Shown piece after piece: positions 1-6,770 of a stretch of 8,969 nt of DNA (position 1 is its first letter; every line of letters starts with the position of its first letter). Source of the DNA: Octopus sinensis (lineage: Eukaryota). The notes below the pieces were generated by a model. It searched no databases, had not been told where the DNA came from, and worked only from the letters and a program-made list of their open reading frames with translations. The position numbers were made by a program, and so were the translations under genes. The stretch lies in NCBI RefSeq assembly GCF_006345805.1, contig NW_021828226.1, positions 1 through 8,969 on the forward strand, written 5' to 3'.

Positions 1-600
1 ATAGCAAAGATTTCTGAGCATGTATAATAATATTAGCGCCTGAATGATTTGATTACTCGAAGTAAAACTTATGCTGAATTCTAAATCTTTCCCAAGAAAG
101 AATTTAGCTATAGACGGTAGGAACTCTACTAAATAGAATTGACAAAAAAAAAAAAAAAAGCATTATCTCTGTTACTGAACAACTTAATAATTGATAAACT
201 GTTATTCTGTTACTGAGGAAAGTGGTTTAATCAATGTTAAAAATCATGGCATCTAAAGTATTCTTACTGGCCCGACCTACCACAATTTCCTCCGGCTTTA
301 TTAATCTATATTCGAGATTGACAAGAACATTAACCTTATGATCTTTAAAGGTAATTTATGGTTCGCGTACCGCTTAACTCTATACTCTATCGTTTATTTT
401 TAGGCTGCTAAAGTGCTAGAGTTGGTTTTCTTATAGGTGTTACTGATATTGGTAGAAAGGTGTCTGTGGAATGTGCAGCTATCAATTTCGTTCATATTTC
501 TGGTTTTGCCTGAAGAAACAAAGATGTGTTTGGAATTTTTAAATTTTGGTAGATCGTTGCGTAATATATAGAGCACGTTTCTCACTTTGTTAGTAAACAG
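1..600 (-). mobile_element. Decayed Penelope-like retroelement (PLE) ORF fragment: pre-RT region to RT motif A, continuing off the window edge
   Basis: Manual minus-strand translation across stops and frameshifts gives, in order: LRNDLPKFKNSKHIFVSSGKTRNMNE...STNISNTYKK (in ORF 400..813), KINDRV, ITFKDHK (355-335), YRLIKP...VGRASKNTLD, QFYLVEFLPSI (141-109) and NIIIHAQKSLL (34-2). This is colinear with the PLE pattern as I recall it: ADKTRNMY..NITKTYKK..IDDRI..ITLKDHK..RLINP..IGKISK.ILD..QFDIVEFYPSI..IIMHARKSLL. The motif A Asp reads as Tyr, so the copy is dead. Confidence 0.8.
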
Positions 601-645
601 CAATCCACACACGCACACACAAGTTTTTAATATGTTCGTATGCCA

Positions 646-663
646 ATACATACACACACACAT

Positions 664-695
<32 letters not shown>
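646..695. repeat. (CA)n/(TA)n compound microsatellite
   Basis: Direct reading. Confidence 0.9.
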
Positions 696-855
696 GCGAA
701 ACGATGGCTAAACATCTGCAATCGATGTTCACAGTTCTAGTAATACCTAATAATTGTAACTTCTTGATTAGACATTTCATTAAATACCTAAAGTACATTA
801 CAAAGTACGCCAATAATCACAGTTATAAATATCTTAAAGTTACAGTTTGTGTAGT

Positions 856-856
856 G

Positions 857-887
<31 letters not shown>

Positions 888-902
888 ATATATATATATA
901 CA
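856..902. repeat. (TA)n microsatellite immediately 5' of SINE copy 1
   Basis: Direct reading. Confidence 0.9.
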
Positions 903-905
903 TAA

Positions 906-1371
906 AGCGTAGGAGTGGCTGTGTGGTAAGTAGCTTGCTTACGAACCACATGGTTTCGGATTCAGTCCCACTGCGTGGCACCTTGGGCAAGTGTCTTCTA
1001 CTATAGCCTCGGGTCGACCAAAGCCTTGTGAGTGGATTTGATAGACGGAAACTGAAAGAAGCCCGTCGTATGTATATATATGTATATATATATATATATA
1101 ATATATTATATAATATATATATATATATATATGTAAGTGTTGTATATGTCTGTGTGTCTGTGTTGTCTGTGTTTGTCCCCCCCCAACATCGCTTGACAAT
1201 CGATGCTGGTGTATTTACGTCCACGTAACTTAGCGGTTCGGCAAAAGAGATCGATTGAATAAGAACTAGGCTTACAGAGAATAAGTCCCGGGGTCGATTT
1301 GCTCGATTAAAAGCCGGTACTCCAGCATGGCCACAGTCAAATGACTGAAACAAGTAAAAGAGTAAAGAGTA
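906..1371 (+). mobile_element. tRNA-derived CORE-type SINE, full length, copy 1 (octopus OR-like family)
   Basis: A-box-like TGGCTGTGTGG at 916-926 and a mutated B box ATTCAGTCC at 960-968. CORE-like CACCTTGGGCAAG follows. Internal (TA)/(TG) tract at about 1068-1175; 3' tail ends GACTGAAACAAGTAAAAGAGTAAAGAGT. Head 906-1071 differs from 5461-5626 at 10 of 166 positions by my count. Confidence 0.92.
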
Positions 1372-1372
1372 A

Positions 1373-1452
1373 TGTGCGTGGTGTGCGTGTGTGTGTATGT
1401 ATGTATGTATGTATGTATGTATGTATGTATGTGTGTGTGTGTGTGTGTGTGT
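1373..1452. repeat. (TG)n/(TATG)n microsatellite
   Basis: Direct reading. Confidence 0.9.
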
Positions 1453-1567
1453 AAATATTGTCTTTCAGGAATACATGCTGAGTTACAAGTAGATATGTAT
1501 GCACATATGTTGATATACATGGATGTCACTGCACAAATGGTATCCATGTAGACTGTGTCTATGCATA

Positions 1568-1617
1568 TCTACCTACCTACCTACCTACCTACCAACCAGT
1601 TCGTCTATGATTGTCTG

Positions 1618-1666
<49 letters not shown>
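1568..1666. repeat. (CTAC)n and (CTAT)n microsatellites
   Basis: Direct reading. Confidence 0.9.
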
Positions 1667-1671
1667 AGCCA

Positions 1672-1861
1672 TTTATTTATTTATTTTTTATTTTTTATTT
1701 TTTTTGTTCTTTTCTTCCCTTTTACGATCCCTCTTGATCGAAAACCTACGCCACCCCTTTTTTTTCCTTTTGTTTTTGTTTTTTTCCATCCCCCCAAAGA
1801 AAAGCTCTACCTTGTAACTTGTCCCATCTGTGTGCAGCCCTGTGTGGCCAATAAAGAAACT
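1672..1861 (+). mobile_element. 5'-truncated non-LTR retroelement 3' end with 12-bp TSD (possibly L1/Tx1-like 3' UTR)
   Basis: TATCTATAGCCA occurs at 1660-1671 and 1862-1873. The insert is T-rich and has AATAAA at 1850-1855 just before the 3' TSD. The family call is from recall only. Confidence 0.7.
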
Positions 1862-1949
1862 TATCTATAGCCAAAACACAAGCATGCTGCCACAAGGGCA
1901 AACCTAGCTTCAAACCAACTTATCTCACCCATCTATTTAAGATTCAACG

Positions 1950-2165
1950 CGGAACCTTCTATGTGGTCGCCCTATCTGCTAGAAATTGCAACCAAATCAC
2001 TATCAAATCACCTCATAACTGACGGAAAAAGGAAGGACACATTAAAACAACATAACCCTCGATACACTTGCCTTAACAAAGGATGAAGTGGTCATGTCCA
2101 GAATGCCTTTGATCTCAGATCTGATCAATCAGAGATTATCTAACACTATACAACTTCAACAACAA
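1950..2165 (+). mobile_element. Diverged 3' portion of another cephalopod SINE/LINE-tail repeat
   Basis: Motifs CTGCTAGAAATTGCAACCAAATC, AAAAAGGAAGGACACATT and CCAGAATGCCTTTGATC resemble an abundant octopus repeat as I recall it. It ends in a short (CAA)-like tail. There is no second copy in the window to confirm it. Confidence 0.5.
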
Positions 2166-2169
2166 ATAA

Positions 2170-3060
2170 CTACCTACCTAGCTAGTTACCTACAGCCTCT
2201 GTCTACACTCTCATACCTCCTTACCTGCCTATTAATCTACCTACATATATTACCCTACCTATCATTTCTACTAACTCCCTGCCTACATACATTTTTCCTA
2301 CTTACCTCCTTGTCTTCAATTTCCACACGTACCTATTTACATACCAACGTACTTATGCACCTGGCTATCCATTTACCTAGCAAGCAACACACGCCTAGCT
2401 ATCAACCTGAGACACATGCAACCACATGCATAACGGCATCAACACATACATGCATGCATAATACATACATACATACATACATACAATACATAAAACACAT
2501 ACAAACATGCATACATACATACATACATATCTACATACATGCACACATACATAAATACCTACCTACCTACCTACATACATACATACATAAATACAATACA
2601 TACATACATACATACATACATACATACATGCATACATAAATACATACATACATAGACATATATACATATATATATACAAGCATACATACATAAATACATA
2701 CATAGACATACATACATACATAAATACATACATACATGCATACATACATATATACTTACTTGCATACATACATAAATACATACCTACCTACCTATCTACC
2801 TACATACCTACATGCATAAATACATACATACATACATACATGCATGCATACATACACACCTACATACATACATATATACATACACACATACATACATATA
2901 TATATACACACATACACGCACACATACATACATACACATACATACATACATACATACATACACATACACACACATACACACAACACACAAACATACATAC
3001 ATACATTACAAACACGAATATATACGCCTGAATTTAACCCGACTCACACTCACACACACA
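2170..3060. repeat. Large compound microsatellite: degenerate (TACC)n, then (TACA)n, then (CA)n
   Basis: Direct reading. It produces the many HTYI and MYVC ORFs. Confidence 0.92.
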
Positions 3061-3073
3061 TGCGCATATCAAC

Positions 3074-3285
3074 CCTTCTATCTACTTGCATATCTGACCA
3101 GGTAATTGCCACGCTGTATCAGAGCCAGCAGTGAAAGTTCTGTTACTTCACAAGAGTTGAACACCTGTGTCAGGAAGCTCTGCCTCCCCCACACCCCGTC
3201 CCCCGTCAGATAAAGCAGTCAGCATGGAGATGGCTATCACGTTACATCATAACTGAAAGACGATGATGGCTGAAATGTTCCGTTC
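3074..3285 (+). mobile_element. Possible highly decayed PLE GIY-YIG C-terminus plus terminal-repeat remnant
   Basis: The + frame from 3074 reads PSIYLHI*PGNCHAVSEPAVKVL, then after a shift SQELNTCVRKL, later HGDGYHVTS*. This loosely resembles the Penelope/Poseidon endonuclease end (SAVYLH..H....V.IL..E....R...NR..G). It is followed by CTGAAAGA...GAAA at 3253-3275. Confidence 0.3.
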
Positions 3286-3673
3286 CTTGTCTTTCTTTCT
3301 ACAATATTCTGCTACATGATGCTCTTTAACACAGCTTCTTGCTCTAATTCCAATGACTGTTTACTATTCTCTCTTTCTCTCTTTCTTTCTTTCATTGGGT
3401 AATGTATTACAGGATACACTATGCCAAATACAACAACAACAACAACAAGTCAGAATGGTTATAATTCGTATATCATTCATCATAAATCAGCTCAATCAAA
3501 GCCGAATTGGGACTAAACAGCCACAACTTTGTTGCTGATGGTATTGCTGTTGTTGTTGCTAGTTCTGTTTATATCCAATGTAGAAAACCCTCAATATTCA
3601 GTTTCAAATAGTTTTACTTCCTTGCTGAAGGAATGTAATGATTAAAACAGAAGAAAGGGATCATATATGAAAC

Positions 3674-3693
3674 TATATATGTGTATTTACGTT

Positions 3694-3748
<55 letters not shown>
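3674..3748. repeat. (TA)n microsatellite
   Basis: Direct reading. Confidence 0.9.
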
Positions 3749-3759
3749 ATAATTTATTT

Positions 3760-3886
3760 GGGTATCTAAGAGACACCACCACGCTGAAAATAGCATTCAA
3801 AACCTGACTCTAAAACCACATTAAATGTTCATACAGCACCAAGTTTTCACTGCTATTTTTAGCATGGTGGTATCTCTTTGATACCC
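3760..3886. mobile_element. Palindromic MITE-like element with 47-bp inverted arms and a 33-bp spacer
   Basis: 3760-3806 GGGTATCTAAGAGACACCACCACGCTGAAAATAGCATTCAAAACCTG versus the reverse complement of 3840-3886 GGGTATCAAAGAGATACCACCATGCTAAAAATAGCAGTGAAAACTTG: 40/47 identical. Confidence 0.75.
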
Positions 3887-3954
3887 TAAATTATAATCTT
3901 AATAATAATTATTACCTTTGAAGGTTTTTATTCCAATGCTGGCCACTTGATAAG

Positions 3955-3958
<4 letters not shown>

Positions 3959-3998
<40 letters not shown>

Positions 3999-4035
3999 GT
4001 ATATATGTCCTGTTATTGTTATTATTATTATTTTT
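3959..4035. repeat. (TA)n/(TATG)n then (TTA)n microsatellites
   Basis: Direct reading. Confidence 0.85.
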
Positions 4036-4048
4036 ATTGTATTTTTGT

Positions 4049-4113
4049 ATTTGTTCGACTAAAGGCGGTGCTCCAGCATGGCCGCAGTCAAATGACTGAA
4101 ACACATAAAACAA
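4049..4113 (+). mobile_element. 5'-truncated stub (3' terminus) of the copy 1/copy 2 SINE family or of its partner LINE
   Basis: TCGACTAAAGGCGGTGCTCCAGCATGGCCGCAGTCAAATGACTGAAAC is nearly identical to 5785-5832 and similar to about 1304-1351. Confidence 0.88.
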
Positions 4114-4294
4114 GAACATATACGCACACATACGTAGGTTGGTTTATGTCGGAGGAATGAGGTACATGTTTTAGAAGACATGTTTTCTTCGCTTTTATCG
4201 AAACTGAAATTGAGTTTTTTTTCTGAGAGGTGTGAAACTCGAGTTTGCAAAACAAACTCAGTTTCAATAAAACAAAAACGCATCCATTGATACT

Positions 4295-4424
4295 GCTGTG
4301 TGCTTTAAAAAGTCTACGTTCCAACCATGTGGTTTCGGGTTCAGTTCCACTACTTGGCCCCCCCAACCAAAGACCTCTGAGTAGGTTTTAGTAGTTGAAG
4401 ACTAAAAGAAACCTGTCATACACA

Positions 4425-4455
<31 letters not shown>

Positions 4456-4790
4456 TACACACACACACACATACACATACACACACACACACATACACAC
4501 ACACACATACACACACACACATACACACACACACATACAACACACACACACACATAACACACACACACATATACACATACACACAAATCTGTGTGAGTAT
4601 TTGTGTTGTGTTGTGTTGTGTTCTTGTTTCAACAATCGCGCGACAGTTGTAAATGAGTGCCACCGTTAATACAAGCGGTTTCACTAATTTCCATCCTTCC
4701 GTGGAAATCTTGTCCGGCTTGGAAACAAGTGAGTGTTGGCAACAGGAAGGGCATCCGGCAGTAGAAACTCCGTTTGACCAACGTAAGGAT
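4295..4790 (+). mobile_element. Older sibling SINE: same tRNA head (internally deleted), internal (CA)n, different 3' tail ending in (GAT)n
   Basis: 4295-4420 (GCTGTGTG..CCAACCATGTGGTTTCGGGTTCAGTTCCACT..ACCAAAGACCTCTGAGTAGGTTTTAGTAG..ACTAAAAGAAACCTGTCATA) aligns to the head of copies 1 and 2 but lacks the CCTTGGGCAAG block. The tail at about 4630-4790 contains TTGGCAACAGGAAGGGCATCCGGCAGTAGAAA, which is absent from copies 1 and 2. Confidence 0.72.
4419..4585. repeat. (CA)n microsatellite inside the sibling SINE
   Basis: Direct reading. Confidence 0.92.
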
Positions 4791-4819
4791 GATGATGATG
4801 ATGATGGTGATGGTGATAG

Positions 4820-4851
<32 letters not shown>

Positions 4852-4908
4852 GTGAAGATGATGATGGTGATGATGATGATGATGATGGTGATGATGGTGA
4901 TGATGGTG

Positions 4909-4940
<32 letters not shown>

Positions 4941-5023
4941 GATGATGATGGTGATGATGATGGTGATGATGATGATGGTGATGATGGTGATGATGATGGT
5001 GGTGATGATGTTGATAATGATGG

Positions 5024-5054
<31 letters not shown>

Positions 5055-5198
5055 GGTGATGGTGATGGTGATGATGATGATGATGGTGATGATGGTGATG
5101 ATGATGATAATGATGATGATAATGATGATGATGGTGATGATGATGGTGATGATGATGGTGATGATGATGATAATGATGATGATAATGATGATGATGAT
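4788..5198. repeat. 411-bp imperfect (GAT)n tract with GGT and AAT variant units
   Basis: Direct reading. It explains the poly-D, poly-M and poly-I ORFs. Confidence 0.95.
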
Positions 5199-5301
5199 AT
5201 ACTTGTTTTTCATATATTTGGATGATTCAACTTTCAGCTCGATTCTGATTTTTGAATTTCACAATACTTTTATTTTTCTACCCTCAACATTTCATCTAAG
5301 C

Positions 5302-5964
5302 CAGTGTTTCTCACCCGGGGTCCTTATGACCCTTGGTGGGGGTGGCGCTTTAAGGTTTTATTGTTAAAATTTATCTGCAATAAATTGGTTATTCTTCTAC
5401 AATAAACAAAATATTTTATCAATTTTTCCATACAATTCCTAATAATATTTAATATAAGGAGGCGTAGGAGTGGCTGTGTGGTAAGTAGCTTGCTTACGAA
5501 CCACATGGTTCCGGGTTCAGTCCCACTGAGTGACACCTTGGGCAAGTATCTTCTACTATAGCCTCGGGCCGACCAAAGCCTTGTGAGTGGATTTGGAAGA
5601 CGGAAACTGAAAGAAGCCCATCGTATATATGTATACATATATATACATGTGTGTGTATGTCCCCCCAACATCGCTTGACAACCGATGCTGGTGTGTTTAC
5701 GTGCCCGTAACTTAGCGGTTCGGCAAAAGAGAACGATAGAATAAGTACTAGGCTTACAAAGAATAAGTCCTGGGGTCGATTTGCTCGACTAAAGGCGGTG
5801 CTCCAGCATGGCCGCAGTCACATGACTGAAACAAGTAAAAGAATAACAGAGTAAAAAAAAATAAATATAATAGGATTTTTCAACTATGGTGTGGTTATGA
5901 GGGTCCACCTGAGTAAAATGGGAATCAGAAGGGTCCATAGGTGATAAATGGTTGATAACCTCTG
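5302..5964. mobile_element. Non-autonomous hAT (Charlie-type) DNA transposon/MITE, about 260 bp once the nested SINE is removed
   Basis: Left end CAGTGTTTCTCACCC versus reverse complement of the right end CAGAGGTTATCAACC (11/15). 8-bp flanks ATCTAAGC (5294-5301) and ATCTAAAC (5965-5972) match 7/8 and resemble the Charlie nTCTAGAn target preference. Subterminal GGGTCC motifs occur once on the left and twice on the right. Confidence 0.85.
5461..5853 (+). mobile_element. tRNA-derived CORE-type SINE, full length, copy 2, nested in the hAT MITE
   Basis: A box TGGCTGTGTGG at 5471-5481, B box GGTTCAGTCCC at 5514-5524, CACCTTGGGCAAG, a short internal TA/TG tract, and the same tail as copy 1. Candidate TSD AATATAA at 5451-5457 and 5864-5870. 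Confidence 0.93.
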
Positions 5965-6205
5965 ATCTAAACTATGATTATCACATGAACCCTTCAACGA
6001 TGCAGAGCTACCGCACACTAAACGTCTTATACACTGAAACTTTCATTCACCAAACTAAACTTTTACCAATCCAATCCTTGAACTTAACCCTCAACTCTTA
6101 TGCTTTAGAACATTACAGAAAATTCCACGACTCACAACTTGTCTGTATTTTGAACTGTTTACATATTGAAGTTCCGGCCTCCAAATCCTTCAATTCTAAA
6201 AATAT

Positions 6206-6384
6206 TTCCTCTCACCAAGCCACTGCTTCGCTAAATATTTCAACCACAAAATGAAACTTTTATCAATGAAAGTGTTCGCCACAAAATCGATTGACTCTTG
6301 TTCCTCTCATCAAGCTAAGCATTTCAGCCGTGAAACGAAACCTTTCTCAATAAGATTGGTCGCTACAAAACCGATTGACTCGTC
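6206..6384. repeat. Diverged two-copy tandem repeat, unit about 84 bp (first copy has an 11-bp insertion)
   Basis: 6253-6297 versus 6337-6381 match 37/45. The units begin TTCCTCTCACCAAGC (6206) and TTCCTCTCATCAAGC (6301). Confidence 0.75.
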
Positions 6385-6770
6385 AAACCCTTCATTCATG
6401 AAAACCTTCATTTAACATTAACCACCACCCTTGCTACACTTACATTCACATTATGTTCCCCATCTCTTAACACTGCAAATTCAATATAAGCTGATCTCTA
6501 TGGCGAACAATGCTCGTTACTCCCCACTCTCTCTCTATCTAAGTACCTTATATATATATATATTTTTTAAATTATAAGTATATGAAAGAATACTTATAAT
6601 TTTAAAATAAACATACAAATTTCCGCACGAAGACACGTAGTCTATGCCCTAGGGACGTAGCTTTAACCGTGTTCTTTCTGATGTGAATTTGCTACCCAGG
6701 TATCGGTTATCTTTCGAATTATCCTTAATAAGATAATTCATTCAACTACTCAAATATATATATATATATA

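Noticed and set aside
168-216. 11-bp direct repeat TCTGTTACTGA (168-178, 206-216)
   Set aside because: At most a small local duplication within the decayed PLE, not a separate element.
906-975. tRNA gene (also at 5461-5530)
   Set aside because: A and B boxes are present, but I could not build a full cloverleaf and the sequence continues into a SINE body.
823-1353. 176-aa ORF with apparent paralogues at 5324..5671 and 3928..4131
   Set aside because: The shared peptides are antisense translations of SINE copies, not a gene family.
2088-3134. Cluster of HTYI and MYVC ORFs on both strands
   Set aside because: Translations of (TACA)n/(CA)n, which lack stop codons in most frames.
3429-3560. (CAA)n and downstream (TTG)n forming an inverted pair; poly-Q ORF 3353..3538
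   Set aside because: Short complementary microsatellites with no unique-sequence pairing.
4629-5367. ORFs of 190-197 aa (poly-Asp/Gly, poly-Met, poly-Ile)
   Set aside because: Three frames of the same (GAT)n/(ATC)n tract. The non-repetitive N-terminus of the poly-Asp ORF is SINE tail sequence.
5952-6254. 100-aa ORF
   Set aside because: Non-ATG start inside the MITE TIR, no recognisable domain, and compatible with chance.
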